Numbered from the stretch's first letter, positions 37,727-47,850 are shown. The stretch: DNA of 64,000 bases from an uncultured Gammaproteobacteria bacterium (GCA_964448705.1 CAYUZS010000002.1:113577-177576), one strand, 5' to 3'. Notes: generated from the sequence alone by a model not told the origin. Made by a program: numbers and translations.

Positions 37727-38359
37727 GTGAATAAAAATAAACTAATTTCTACAATTTGTTTGGGATTAAGCGCGTTATATTTGGCGAGCTTTTTGAATGC
37801 CAAAACTGCTTTTGCCCAGTACTATAGCCAAGGAGAAGGTAGTAAACAGATTATCGTTGACAAAAAAGTACGACCTATAAATGATGATACTTTTTACGAC
37901 AATATTGATCCCGGAAAAAAGACATTTATCGACGGAGAACAATTGGAATTTAAAATTACCGTTAAAAATACCGGTGAACAAATTTTGTACAACATCGAGG
38001 TAAAAGACATCTTACCCCAATATTTAACACTTTTATTTTTTCCCGGTGTTTACAACAAAACTGATAATAATTTGGTTACTAAAATTGATCAGCTTAACCC
38101 CGGAGAAAGCAAAGACTTTTATATCCGAGCCAATATAAGCTCCGTGCCGAAGTCAACAGTCGAAGGTAAAAAATGGCAGCAAATCAATAAAGCTACTGCG
38201 ACCACCGATTCGATCTCGGACAGTGATCAAAGCCAATATTTTATCAGCGGAAAATTGATACCCGCTACCGGTGATGAAGATTTAATGACAAAAACAATGG
38301 GGTTACTGTTGGTTTCAGTGACTGCTTTTGGATTACGTAAACTGGCCCGCGGCTACTAA
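37727..38359 (+). CDS. Secreted DUF11-like (conserved repeat domain) surface protein with C-terminal sortase sorting signal (IPATG)
   Basis: Signal peptide MNKNKLISTICLGLSALYLASFLNAKTAFA. FKITVKNTGEQILYNIEVKDILPQYL resembles a DUF11 repeat. The C-terminus is ...LIPATGDEDLMTKTMGLLLVSVTAFGLRKLARGY, giving an (L/I)PxTG motif, a hydrophobic stretch and a basic tail. Confidence 0.65.
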   Translation: MNKNKLISTICLGLSALYLASFLNAKTAFAQYYSQGEGSKQIIVDKKVRPINDDTFYDNIDPGKKTFIDGEQLEFKITVKNTGEQILYNIEVKDILPQYLTLLFFPGVYNKTDNNLVTKIDQLNPGESKDFYIRANISSVPKSTVEGKKWQQINKATATTDSISDSDQSQYFISGKLIPATGDEDLMTKTMGLLLVSVTAFGLRKLARGY

Positions 38360-38365
38360 AATCGA

Positions 38366-39556
38366 CTATTTGGTAATTAAACGAAGACTCATAATTAATC
38401 CGGGGCTGTAATGTTGACTGAATTCCTGATCGGCACCATACCAAGGATCGTGAATCTTGTAGTTACCATTAGAACCACTGATAATGACGATAAAATGCAT
38501 CCCGGAAACCGTCCCAGACATTTTTATCTGAGCAATAACATAACGACCATTTTTTAGCTCACTATCGACGGTAGCGGCACTATAAGCCACCTGTTTATAA
38601 CTATAACCATCGGGAGGAATCGGCGGCAAAGCGTAAGCGGTGTTAAAGCGAAAATAACCAGGGGTAGCAGCATACACTGAAGGAGTGATGTCGTGACCGA
38701 GTTTTTTATAGACCATAGAGATACTGGTTAAATAACAGCCGACAGCACCGACAGTATCACTTGAATTACCAATAGTCTGACGACACCAACGAGGATCACG
38801 CTGTGAATAAAAATTACCATCGCTGCCGCCGCCCTGAGCCGAATCAAGACAAGTAGAACCACCGGCTGAACTGGCGAAGCTTTTTAGAGCATTTAATTGA
38901 GAAACCGCTTCGGCCAACAACTGCTCGTATTTTGTCTCGTCATTTTTAGTGGCAGTGAGCAGGGCGTTTTTGGAAGCCTTCTGCTGATCCAAACTTTTTT
39001 GTTGAGAAGCCAGTTGAGTTTCTAAAACCTGAAGTTCTTGCTGTTTTCGCGTTTTTTCGTCTTTTTGGGTATCGTAATTGGTGCGGGTTGTTTCCAGTTG
39101 GACTAAAGTATTTTGACTGTTTTCCTGAATAGTCGCCATGTATTTATATTTCTCCAGGATATTGTTGAAGTTGGTGGAAGTGAATATAGAAAAAGAAGGA
39201 TAACGTTTGGACATTTTGTAGTTTTCCGTTACCTGGCGAATATAGACCGAGGACAATTGGTTTAATGAAACATCTAAATCGCCTATTTTTACAGTCAAAT
39301 CAGCAATCTCTGCTTTCAATGATTTAATGCTGTTTTGAGTCTGAGAAATTTTAAGGGTAGTAAGCTCGATTTGAGAATTTAGAATACTGATTTGATTGGC
39401 AAGAGTGTTTTTGGCTTTGCCAAGCTCGGACAGCTTTTTGGTGTACTCGGTAATTCTTTGATTGATTTCTTCGGCTTCGTCGCCACGAATAGTAGAAGGA
39501 GGGACAAATACAAAAAGAAAGATTAGTGAGAGCAGAGCAAAAAACAAATTTTTCAT
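38366..39556 (-). CDS. Secreted coiled-coil cell-wall hydrolase with C-terminal C39-like Cys/His peptidase domain (PcsB/CwlO/EnvC-like FtsEX partner)
   Basis: N-terminal signal/TM followed by about 200 aa of heptad-rich coiled coil. The C-terminal domain has YSQRDPRW...GAVGCYLTSISMV (Gln plus catalytic Cys) and GMHFIVIISG (His). It lies immediately downstream of ftsE-ftsX on the same strand. Confidence 0.6.
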   Translation of the reverse strand: MKNLFFALLSLIFLFVFVPPSTIRGDEAEEINQRITEYTKKLSELGKAKNTLANQISILNSQIELTTLKISQTQNSIKSLKAEIADLTVKIGDLDVSLNQLSSVYIRQVTENYKMSKRYPSFSIFTSTNFNNILEKYKYMATIQENSQNTLVQLETTRTNYDTQKDEKTRKQQELQVLETQLASQQKSLDQQKASKNALLTATKNDETKYEQLLAEAVSQLNALKSFASSAGGSTCLDSAQGGGSDGNFYSQRDPRWCRQTIGNSSDTVGAVGCYLTSISMVYKKLGHDITPSVYAATPGYFRFNTAYALPPIPPDGYSYKQVAYSAATVDSELKNGRYVIAQIKMSGTVSGMHFIVIISGSNGNYKIHDPWYGADQEFSQHYSPGLIMSLRLITK

Positions 39557-39562
39557 TAGAAC

Positions 39563-40435
39563 TTAAAATTTAATGTATCTTTTGACACCCAACCAACTGG
39601 CTAAATAGCCAATAATGCTGCCTAAAAACAAGCAAGAAACAAGAATAAGAGCGTAATGCTGTAGGTTTGTGGAGATAAAAATAATGGGATTAAAGAAAGA
39701 ATTGATTTGATTACGAAAATAAAGAGTAAGGAGGAAAACAATTAAACATCCCAAGAAGCTGCCGACTAGGCCATAAATAATGCCTTCAATCAAAAATGGT
39801 TTTTTAACATAGAAACTGGAAGCGCCAAGAAGACGGCTAATATTGATTTCATCTTTTCGGTTGGTAATTTTCATACCAATAATTACGGAAATGATTAAAA
39901 AGGTGACTGCGGTAGTAATAGAAACTGCAATTATTCCTGTTTTACGGATAAAATCCGTCCAACTGAGAAGCGAATTGATGATATCTTTTTGATAAATTAT
40001 TTCGTCAACCTGGTCTTTTTTAGTAGAAAAGTTTTGGGCAATTTCTTCGAGTATTTTTGGATCCGAGACAGAAACTTCGAAAGAGGCAGGAAGGATGCTG
40101 GCAGTGACCATTTCGGTTAACAGAGGATTGTCTTTATTCTCTTCCTGATAAATTGCCAAGGCTTTTTCTTTGGAAATAAATTTTATTTCCCGAATATTTT
40201 GATAATTGGATAATTCTTTTTGGATATTTTCGACTGTAGAACGATCCAGACCATCTTTAAGAAAGATGGTAATTTCCGGTTTAGTTTCAAAATAATTTAA
40301 GACAGTCGACATTCCCCCGCTGACGATCAGAAAAAAACTGAGAATCATGAAACTGATGGTCATAACAATAGCCGCGATTAAACTTTGGAAGGGAGAACGG
40401 CGAATATGGTGCCAGGCGTTTTTGAAAGGGGTCAT
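39563..40435 (-). CDS. ftsX: Cell division permease FtsX
   Basis: 290 aa with an N-terminal TM, a large extracytoplasmic loop and three C-terminal TM. It overlaps ftsE by 4 nt. Confidence 0.75.
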   Translation of the reverse strand: MTPFKNAWHHIRRSPFQSLIAAIVMTISFMILSFFLIVSGGMSTVLNYFETKPEITIFLKDGLDRSTVENIQKELSNYQNIREIKFISKEKALAIYQEENKDNPLLTEMVTASILPASFEVSVSDPKILEEIAQNFSTKKDQVDEIIYQKDIINSLLSWTDFIRKTGIIAVSITTAVTFLIISVIIGMKITNRKDEINISRLLGASSFYVKKPFLIEGIIYGLVGSFLGCLIVFLLTLYFRNQINSFFNPIIFISTNLQHYALILVSCLFLGSIIGYLASWLGVKRYIKF

Positions 40436-41124
40436 TTCTTTTTTGAATGAGTATGGGGTTTTTTAGTATCGGAAACAATTTCTCCGTTTCTAAGGCCGAT
40501 GATTCGTTTATCCAAGGCATTTACAATTTCCATGTTGTGACTGGTCATAATAATAGTAGTGTCGTATTGTTCGTTAATATCTTTAAGGAGTTTTATTAAA
40601 TTCCAGGAATTTTCTACATCCAGATTGCCGGTGGGTTCATCGGCAAGGATTATTTTTGGTTCAATTACCAAGGCTCGAGCCAAAGAGGCACGCTGCATCT
40701 CGCCTCCGGAAAGTTGAGAAGGAAAAAGATGACGGCGACTACCTAAATTAACCTGTTTAATCACATTTTCTATTTTTTCAGGGATAATCGCCTGTGGAAC
40801 ATTGTTAATATCGAGGGCCAGAGCAATGTTTTCTTCGATAGTTTTATCCGGAATCAATAAATAATCCTGAAAAATAACACCAATTTGACGGCGGACCTGA
40901 TTAACAGAATTCCGATCCAGAGTAGAAAGATCATGATCACCGATAATTATTTTTCCACTTGAAGGGCGGATTTGATTGAGGATTAATTTGAGCAGCGTTG
41001 ATTTTCCGGCTCCGGAAGGACCGACTAAAAATACGAATTCGCCTGAATCTATGGAGAAATCTATGTCCTTTACAGCATTGATGACACCAAATGATTTGGT
41101 GACGTGGTCAAAAATGACTTTCAT
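40432..41124 (-). CDS. ftsE: Cell division ATP-binding protein FtsE (ABC ATPase)
   Basis: Walker [13 protein letters not shown] signature [15 protein letters not shown] and Walker [12 protein letters not shown]. Confidence 0.85.
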   Translation of the reverse strand: MKVIFDHVTKSFGVINAVKDIDFSIDSGEFVFLVGPSGAGKSTLLKLILNQIRPSSGKIIIGDHDLSTLDRNSVNQVRRQIGVIFQDYLLIPDKTIEENIALALDINNVPQAIIPEKIENVIKQVNLGSRRHLFPSQLSGGEMQRASLARALVIEPKIILADEPTGNLDVENSWNLIKLLKDINEQYDTTIIMTSHNMEIVNALDKRIIGLRNGEIVSDTKKPHTHSKKK

Positions 41125-41128
41125 TTAA

Positions 41129-41608
41129 TTATTCTATGATTTTTATGTTGCCAACATCCAGCAACCAGGAAACTTTATTTGATTTGTTGGTTTGGCCTTT
41201 TATTTCGACTTTCTTACCAACAAACAAACTTAAATCAACTGTAGAAGAAGTCAGAGCAGCACTTTGAGAAGGGCCACCTTCGCGAATCAGGGTGTGGGTT
41301 CCTTCCCCGTTAATACCACCTTCCTGAACAGAACCGGTAGCAAAATCTTTAAAGGTGTCATCCTGACTGCCATAGACCGTGCCGACTTGAAGCTGACTTT
41401 GGCCGGTAATTGAATCAGTAGAGACTGTTTGATTACCACCAAGGGTTAATAAAGGACCAGAAGTTTGACCTTGAGGAAAGACTCTGGATAAACCGTAGCC
41501 GGTAATTAAAGCGGCAACTGAGACTAAAACAATCAAATAAAGAGGGAAACCGGAGCTGGTTTTAGAAGCAGACGAATTCTTTGGGGTTGATAAATTTGGA
41601 ATTTCCAT
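41129..41608 (-). CDS. Membrane-anchored hypothetical protein (probable start at internal Met MEIPNL...)
   Basis: TM segment LYLIVLVSVAALITGYGL followed by a Ser/Thr/Gly/Gln-rich soluble region. No recognisable domain. Confidence 0.35.
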   Translation of the reverse strand: MEIPNLSTPKNSSASKTSSGFPLYLIVLVSVAALITGYGLSRVFPQGQTSGPLLTLGGNQTVSTDSITGQSQLQVGTVYGSQDDTFKDFATGSVQEGGINGEGTHTLIREGGPSQSAALTSSTVDLSLFVGKKVEIKGQTNKSNKVSWLLDVGNIKIIE

Positions 41609-41668
41609 AAAATGTATAAATTTTAATAATTCAGTATAGCAAATCGAAGATAGGATGACAGCCAAAGC

Positions 41669-42700
41669 TTAAAGAGATTCTTTGAGGGAATCGCTGATAA
41701 ATTTCTGGAAGCTACGGTAGTTTTTGTCTTGAGGAATAAACACCCACTGTTTGTTGATAAAAGTCTTAGGATGATAAAGGAGATCTGATTTTGGATTTTC
41801 TCCGGTAGTAAGGTTTATTTTGTTAAAGGAGAGATTTTGGAGATGAGTTAAACCCTGAAGGCCTAAACTGAACAAATCCCTGTCGGTGAGATTGGTCTGC
41901 AATTGCTGATGGAAAAAATTATAGAGATTAACCAAATTGTCAGGACGGTAATAAAAATCAGGAGATTTAATTTTGGCCAACAAGGCATCCAGTAATAATT
42001 GTTGACGTTGAATTCGGCCAATGTCAGTTCCCCCCAGAGAGGCAGTTTCGGCACTTTTGCGGGAACGGACAAAAGGAGCAATGTTTTGACTGTTTAGATG
42101 ATTGATTCCGGAGGGAAATTCAACAGTAATGTACACAGGAATAGAAGCAGAAGGGCTGGCAACGTACGCCGGATTAGGATATTGATCGTCACGAAAACCG
42201 TTCTCTAAATTAACATCGACACCGCCGACTAAAGAAACTAAATCGATCAGATTTTGGGTGGTAATAACTAAAGTACGATCAACCGGTTGATCTAACAATT
42301 GCGAAAACTGTTGTTGAATATATTCAAACTGATCAGAACGACCGATAGACTGCGGGTAAATTTGATTTATTTTGGCATTTAGAGGATAACTCCATAAATC
42401 ACGAGGCAGGGAAATCAGATTAATCCGATAATTCGGAGTAAGATTGCTAAAAATTATCGTGTCAGTGGTTTCAGATTTTTCCAAACTATCATTACGGGGA
42501 TCGAGACCAAGAATCATAAAATTTAAAGGCGGAGAAATAGACGGCTGTTTTTTGGCCGATATTATCTCTTTAGGAAAGTATAAAAATTCAGTATTGGTAG
42601 CCAGGGAAATTGTTTTTAAGCAGACAAAAACCACAATTACTGCCAATATAATGATGGATATTAAGGTGTAAACAAAAGAAGTAAATATTTTATGTGGCAT
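41669..42700 (-). CDS. LytR-CpsA-Psr (LCP) family glycopolymer phosphotransferase
   Basis: N-terminal TM, then FMILGLDPRNDSLEKSETTDTIIFSNL...LISLPRDLW, which matches the LCP domain pattern (G.D.R...R.DTI...SIPRD). Confidence 0.65.
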   Translation of the reverse strand: MPHKIFTSFVYTLISIIILAVIVVFVCLKTISLATNTEFLYFPKEIISAKKQPSISPPLNFMILGLDPRNDSLEKSETTDTIIFSNLTPNYRINLISLPRDLWSYPLNAKINQIYPQSIGRSDQFEYIQQQFSQLLDQPVDRTLVITTQNLIDLVSLVGGVDVNLENGFRDDQYPNPAYVASPSASIPVYITVEFPSGINHLNSQNIAPFVRSRKSAETASLGGTDIGRIQRQQLLLDALLAKIKSPDFYYRPDNLVNLYNFFHQQLQTNLTDRDLFSLGLQGLTHLQNLSFNKINLTTGENPKSDLLYHPKTFINKQWVFIPQDKNYRSFQKFISDSLKESL

Positions 42701-42702
42701 AA

Positions 42703-43779
42703 TTACAATTTTAATTCGGCTTCGATAAAAGCGTCAAGATCGCCGTCCAGAACAGCAGCCGTATCTGAAGTTTCATATCTGGTACGAAGATCTTTAACCA
42801 TTTTATAAGGATGCAAAACATAGGAACGGATTTGATGGCCCCAACCGGCGATAACATTGTCGCCTTTGATACTTTTCTTTTCTGCAGCCTGTTTTTCCAT
42901 TTCAACCGCCCACAGTTTGGAAGTTAACATCTGCATGGCAATTAAACGATTCTGATCCTGAGAACGCTGACTTTGACAGGAAACAGTGATTCCCGTGGGA
43001 CGATGAACTAAACGAACAGCAGTGGAAACTTTATTGACGTTCTGACCGCCGTGTCCACCGGCACGGTAGGCAGCAAATTCGATATCTTCCGGCCGAATAT
43101 TTATTTCTTCGGAATTATCAATTATCGGAGAAACTTCTACTTTGGCAAAAGATGTTTGGCGTAACTGATCGGCATTAAAAGGTGACAACCTGACTAAACG
43201 ATGTGTGCCGCTTTCACCTTTTAAATATCCATAAGCAAACGACACATTAACTTTAAAATAGACCGATTTGATTCCCGCCTCATCACCGGGTGTAATGTCC
43301 AAAAGATCATATTTCCAGTTTTTTCTTTCAAAAAATCTCATATACATTCGTTGTAGAATCGATGACCAATCCATAGCTTCGGTGCCGCCCTGACCGGAAT
43401 GAATTGAAAGCAGACAATAATTTTTATCGTATTTTCCGGATAAATATGTTTGCAACTCCAATTCGGAAACTTCTTTTTCCAATCTTTTTTGAGTAATCTC
43501 CAGCTCGGAGTACATCGAATCGTCGGGCTCGGATTCCAGAATTTTTTCCATTTCCATTAAATCACTGATTTCAGTACTAAGACGGTCAATGGTTTGAATA
43601 TTTTTCTCCAGATCGGATAGTTCCTGCATTAAATCAGCAGCCTGTTGAGGATTGTCCCACAAACGGGAATCGACCGATTGTTGTTTTAGTTCCTGAAGCC
43701 GAATCTGATTACCATCATAGTTAAGTTTAAGTTTAAGTGTTTTTATTTTTTCGGATAATTCCAATAGATTAGAAGACAT
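42703..43779 (-). CDS. prfB: Peptide chain release factor 2
   Basis: GGQ motif ([18 protein letters not shown]) and the RF2-specific SPF tripeptide (RLSPFNADQ). It is a contiguous 358-aa ORF with no programmed frameshift site. Confidence 0.9.
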   Translation of the reverse strand: MSSNLLELSEKIKTLKLKLNYDGNQIRLQELKQQSVDSRLWDNPQQAADLMQELSDLEKNIQTIDRLSTEISDLMEMEKILESEPDDSMYSELEITQKRLEKEVSELELQTYLSGKYDKNYCLLSIHSGQGGTEAMDWSSILQRMYMRFFERKNWKYDLLDITPGDEAGIKSVYFKVNVSFAYGYLKGESGTHRLVRLSPFNADQLRQTSFAKVEVSPIIDNSEEINIRPEDIEFAAYRAGGHGGQNVNKVSTAVRLVHRPTGITVSCQSQRSQDQNRLIAMQMLTSKLWAVEMEKQAAEKKSIKGDNVIAGWGHQIRSYVLHPYKMVKDLRTRYETSDTAAVLDGDLDAFIEAELKL

Positions 43780-43783
43780 ATGT

Positions 43784-44197
43784 TTATGGTTGTTCGGAAG
43801 AGTCGAGGCTTTTCATGATTTCTTCATAAATCATTTTGACGACTGATTTTTTTATATCAGCGATTTGTTTTTGAGGAAAACCAGAGGACTGTTCCTTGAT
43901 AACATTAAATTTTTCCTGAATAAGGATTATAGCAGGCGAATTATCCAGATTGTTTAAAGTCTGTTGAGATTCCGGAGGAAGTTTCCGATATAAATCGTCA
44001 TATATTTTTTTGGCAGGAGGAATTGAAGTGTTGTTGGAAATAGAATTACCAAGAACATTAAGATTAGAGTTAGTAGGCGGTGTTTTGGCACCGGAAAAAT
44101 AACTGATCAATAAATAAACAATTAAGACAAATAAAAGTAGTCTTAAAAATACCTTGAAACTGAAGTTAAACTCACGGTGCTTTAAACTTTTAGACAC
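43784..44197 (-). CDS. Membrane-anchored hypothetical protein
   Basis: N-terminal [19 protein letters not shown]. No recognised domain. Confidence 0.4.
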   Translation of the reverse strand: MSKSLKHREFNFSFKVFLRLLLFVLIVYLLISYFSGAKTPPTNSNLNVLGNSISNNTSIPPAKKIYDDLYRKLPPESQQTLNNLDNSPAIILIQEKFNVIKEQSSGFPQKQIADIKKSVVKMIYEEIMKSLDSSEQP

Positions 44198-44222
44198 AAT
44201 TCATTTTAGCATTCAAAAGCGT

Positions 44223-44597
44223 CTATTTTTGGCTTAACCAGTCGATTATCGGCTGATCACCATAAAGACATTTTTGAGTTTGTTTATCAAAAGCCAAAGG
44301 AACACCGATACCCTGAGAGGTATCTATTTCAGGACAAAGTTTGACGGTTTCGGCTAATTGCTGCTGGTTTTGGGAATCACGAAAGACTTCTTTGTATGAT
44401 ATTTTTACCTTAGATTCCATGTTGTTTTGTGTTATGTATTTCTTGACAGTTTCACAATGAGAACAACCTTCACCCCAATAAAAGAGCAGCTGCGCTTCGG
44501 AATCACTGACCCCGATAATTTTTGTTTGGGTGGAAGTGATTTTGAATAAGAATAATAAACCGACGATTACGGCCAGGATTACAGGAAAATTTTTCAT
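44223..44597 (-). CDS. Thioredoxin-fold thiol-disulfide oxidoreductase, membrane-anchored/secreted
   Basis: N-terminal TM and a CxxC active site (WGEGCSHCETVKKYI). Confidence 0.6.
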   Translation of the reverse strand: MKNFPVILAVIVGLLFLFKITSTQTKIIGVSDSEAQLLFYWGEGCSHCETVKKYITQNNMESKVKISYKEVFRDSQNQQQLAETVKLCPEIDTSQGIGVPLAFDKQTQKCLYGDQPIIDWLSQK

Positions 44598-45205
44598 TTT
44601 GTTTTGGTAGTAATTTCTAATATTTTGTCGCCCTGTTGGATTTTGTCTAAGATATCCAAACCGGAAACAACTTCACCGAAGTTGACATAATCGCCGGTAA
44701 GCGATTGACAACCATCAGTAGTAAAGCAAATGTAAAATTGACTGTCGTTGCTATATTCCTTAGTATCCGGGGTTCTGGCCAAACCGACTGAACCGCGAAC
44801 AAAAGGACGGTTATTTAACTCTGATTTTTGCCGTCCACCTCCGGTTCCACTACCGGTCGGATCCCCTCCCTGAGCAACAAATCCAGGTATAACCCGATGA
44901 AATGTTAAACCGTTATAAAATCCTGAATTAACTTTATTCAAAAATGTAGAAACAGTATTAGGAGCATCCTGTTGATAGAGTTTGATGACAATCTGACCGT
45001 TTTTAGTTTTAAGGGCAACCATTGGTTCCGAAGTATTTGCCGATGGAGAGGCAGTTATGGAAGACGATGGTTCCGGTGAAACCATGGCGATGTCAGAGGT
45101 GGGAGTGGTATTAAGATCAATGTTTTGCTCTGAAGATTTGGGACCGCAGGCAGATAATAAAACAGAAGAAATAACTACTACAAATGTAACAATTTTTTTA
45201 TTCAT
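44594..45205 (-). CDS. Cyclophilin-type peptidyl-prolyl cis-trans isomerase, lipoprotein
   Basis: Lipobox LLSAC. LTFHRVIPGFVAQGGDPTGSGTGG is the cyclophilin signature. Confidence 0.85.
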   Translation of the reverse strand: MNKKIVTFVVVISSVLLSACGPKSSEQNIDLNTTPTSDIAMVSPEPSSSITASPSANTSEPMVALKTKNGQIVIKLYQQDAPNTVSTFLNKVNSGFYNGLTFHRVIPGFVAQGGDPTGSGTGGGRQKSELNNRPFVRGSVGLARTPDTKEYSNDSQFYICFTTDGCQSLTGDYVNFGEVVSGLDILDKIQQGDKILEITTKTK

Positions 45206-45208
45206 GGT

Positions 45209-45958
45209 TTATTTTAGCAAAACCAAAATATTTTTGGCACCAGAGTCGATATCCTCTTTACGGCCACTATCAGGAAAATCATGGATACTATCCATTAATA
45301 ATTCATAAGAATAGTGAAAATAAGCACCATGCCTGGTGCCGACATCGTGAACAATAAATTGTCGGCGGGAGTCGTCATAACCTAAAATTACTAAATTGTG
45401 GTACCACGGTCCGCCGGAATTGAAATGTTTATTTTCCTGATAGAGAATTTTACCGTTGGCAGGAACAATGATCGGAATATCCTTGGATATATAATCTTTT
45501 ATTATTTCTATGGTTGGTTCGTTGATTATTTCCGATTTATAGTTAAAAACTTCATCGGCGACAACGGCCATTTGAGAGAGATTAATGTCGTGGCTAAACC
45601 CAAGTTCGTTTTCGGTCTGAAATAAAATTTGATAATCGTTTAAAAACTGAGATATTGAGGGTGAAGATTGTTTATAATAGTAGTTGACAGTTAATAAAGC
45701 TGCTTCTTCGCAAGCGTCCTGCCAGGGTTGATCCCAATTTTTTTCCGGAGACTGAGGGACAAAAGTAGTTTTGATTAAGTGAGAAGAGGGCAAACCATTT
45801 GAGTCCAAAGTTGTTGGTTTGGGAAAGATGGCGGTTGGTAGATCAACTAAGTCCACTGAAGCGGGCAAAAAACGGGAAGCAAAATAGTTTTTCCGGAGGA
45901 AAATAGTGAAAAAAACAATTAAGACAACAACAATGACGACTATTAGAAATTTCTTCAC
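45209..45958 (-). CDS. Membrane-anchored C39-like (papain-fold) peptidase domain protein
   Basis: N-terminal TM. QSPEKNWDQPWQDACEEAALLTV (Gln ... Cys-x-x-AAL) and later HNLVILGYDD...VHDVG resemble Peptidase_C39-like domains. The pattern parallels the C-terminal domain of the 38366-39556 protein. Confidence 0.45.
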   Translation of the reverse strand: MKKFLIVVIVVVLIVFFTIFLRKNYFASRFLPASVDLVDLPTAIFPKPTTLDSNGLPSSHLIKTTFVPQSPEKNWDQPWQDACEEAALLTVNYYYKQSSPSISQFLNDYQILFQTENELGFSHDINLSQMAVVADEVFNYKSEIINEPTIEIIKDYISKDIPIIVPANGKILYQENKHFNSGGPWYHNLVILGYDDSRRQFIVHDVGTRHGAYFHYSYELLMDSIHDFPDSGRKEDIDSGAKNILVLLK

Positions 45959-45980
45959 AATTATTAGAAGTATATCAATT

Positions 45981-45999
45981 TATAATTTAATGGTAAAAT
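45981..45999 (+). promoter_or_regulatory. Candidate -10 elements upstream of typA (TATAAT at 45981-45986; extended -10 TGGTAAAAT at 45991-45999)
   Basis: Read directly from the sequence. There is no clear -35 element. Confidence 0.25.
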
Positions 46000-46005
46000 C
46001 GAGGA

Positions 46006-47850
46006 ATGCCTAAATATACCGATATTAAAAATGTGGCGGTGATTGCCCATGTGGATCATGGTAAAACTACTCTGGTCGATGCCCTATTAAAACAAACACA
46101 CACTTTTAGGGAAAATCAGGCGGAAATGACCGAAACCCGGATAATGGACAGCAACGATTTGGAAAGAGAAAAAGGAATCACGATTTTATCGAAAAACACA
46201 TCCGTATTTTATAAAGATATCAAAATTAATATTATAGACACTCCCGGACATGCTGATTTTGGCGGAGAAGTAGAAAGAGTTTTGAATATGGCCGACGGCG
46301 CTTTACTGATTGTAGATGCAGCCGAAGGACCTTTGTCACAAACCAAGTTTGTGTTAAAAAGAGCTTTGGATTACGGATTAAAGATTATTTTGGTGATTAA
46401 TAAAATCGACAGAAAAGATGCCGATGTGAAAAGAGTGGTTGCCGATACCGAAAATCTATTTTTATCGTTGGCTTCTGACCCGGATTTATTGGATTTTCCT
46501 ATTATTTACGCCATCGGAAGAGACGGAAAAACTTTTTATGAAATGCCCGAATCAATGGAACAAACCGGCGACACCACACCTCTATTTGAAACTATTTTAA
46601 AAACAATTCCAACGGCTATTAAAGATAAAGAAAAGCCTTTTCAAATGTTAATCTCCTCATTTGAAAAAAATGAATATCTGGGCAGATTAGCTGTGGGCCG
46701 GGTTTCAAAAGGAGTAATTAAAAAGAATCAATATGTGTCGCTAGTAAACGCTAACCAAGTTGTCTCCGGCAATTTTAAAGTGGAACGATTATACGTAAAT
46801 GAAGGGATAAATAAAGTTGAAGCCGATGAAGCTGAGAGCGGAGAAGTAGTGTATTTGGCTGGTATTTCTGAAATTGAAATCGGACAAACTTTAACCGATC
46901 CCAGTTTTCAGGTGGCACTACCAACAATTGAAGTGGCAGAACCGACTCTTAAAGCCAGTTTTGGCCCAAACACTTCTGTTTTTGCCCGGGATGAATCAAA
47001 ATTTTTAACCAGCAGAGAATTAAAAGAAAGATTAAAGGAAGAAGTCGAGACCAATTTAGGACTTAAAATGGAAGATGATCCGACCGATAGCATTAGAGTA
47101 TTAGTGTCCGGCCGGGGAGAAATGCACTTAGCCGTTTTGATCGAAAAATTAAGAAGAGAAGGTTATGCCATGGAAGTCGGCAAGCCGGAGGTTATTTTAA
47201 AAACTATTGAAGGCAAAGTGTGCGAACCGTTTTCGGAATTGACTATATTAACACCCGAAGATTATGTAGGAATAATAACCTCAGAATTGGGTAAAAGAAA
47301 AGCTCAGATGTTGGATATGACCACGGACGACAGATCGGGGGTAAAAATGGTTTATAAAATCAGCGAAAAAAATGCTTTAGGTTTAAGAAGTGCCTTGATG
47401 ACAGAAACTAAAGGCTCGGTTTCATTGAGCTTTTTGTCTTTAGGCTATGAACCAAAATTGGATGACACTCAAAGAATCCGAAACGGAGTTTTAATTACTT
47501 CAGAAAGCGGAAAAGCACTATCTTTCGGACTGGAACTGGCTCAGAAAAGAGGTATTACTTTTATTGCTCCAACCGAACAAGTTTATGAAGGGCAAATTGC
47601 CGGAATCAGACCGGTACAAGGTGATTTGGAAATTAATATTTGTAAAGGCAAACAGTTGACCAATATGAGGTCGGCCGGAAATGACGACGCGATTATGTTG
47701 GCACCGGCGGTTAAGTACAGTATAGAGGAAAGTCTGGACTTTATTGAAGATGACGAATTGATCGATATTACCCCAAAAAGTATTAGACTTAGAAAAAAGT
47801 ATCTGACTAAAGTGGATAGAGTGAGAGCGGATAGAGTTAAAAAGTCTTAA
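46006..47850 (+). CDS. typA: Translational GTPase TypA/BipA
   Basis: [20 protein letters not shown]1 motif and DTPGHADF. At 614 aa it has EF-G-like domain architecture without the EF-G G' insertion. Confidence 0.9.
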   Translation: MPKYTDIKNVAVIAHVDHGKTTLVDALLKQTHTFRENQAEMTETRIMDSNDLEREKGITILSKNTSVFYKDIKINIIDTPGHADFGGEVERVLNMADGALLIVDAAEGPLSQTKFVLKRALDYGLKIILVINKIDRKDADVKRVVADTENLFLSLASDPDLLDFPIIYAIGRDGKTFYEMPESMEQTGDTTPLFETILKTIPTAIKDKEKPFQMLISSFEKNEYLGRLAVGRVSKGVIKKNQYVSLVNANQVVSGNFKVERLYVNEGINKVEADEAESGEVVYLAGISEIEIGQTLTDPSFQVALPTIEVAEPTLKASFGPNTSVFARDESKFLTSRELKERLKEEVETNLGLKMEDDPTDSIRVLVSGRGEMHLAVLIEKLRREGYAMEVGKPEVILKTIEGKVCEPFSELTILTPEDYVGIITSELGKRKAQMLDMTTDDRSGVKMVYKISEKNALGLRSALMTETKGSVSLSFLSLGYEPKLDDTQRIRNGVLITSESGKALSFGLELAQKRGITFIAPTEQVYEGQIAGIRPVQGDLEINICKGKQLTNMRSAGNDDAIMLAPAVKYSIEESLDFIEDDELIDITPKSIRLRKKYLTKVDRVRADRVKKS

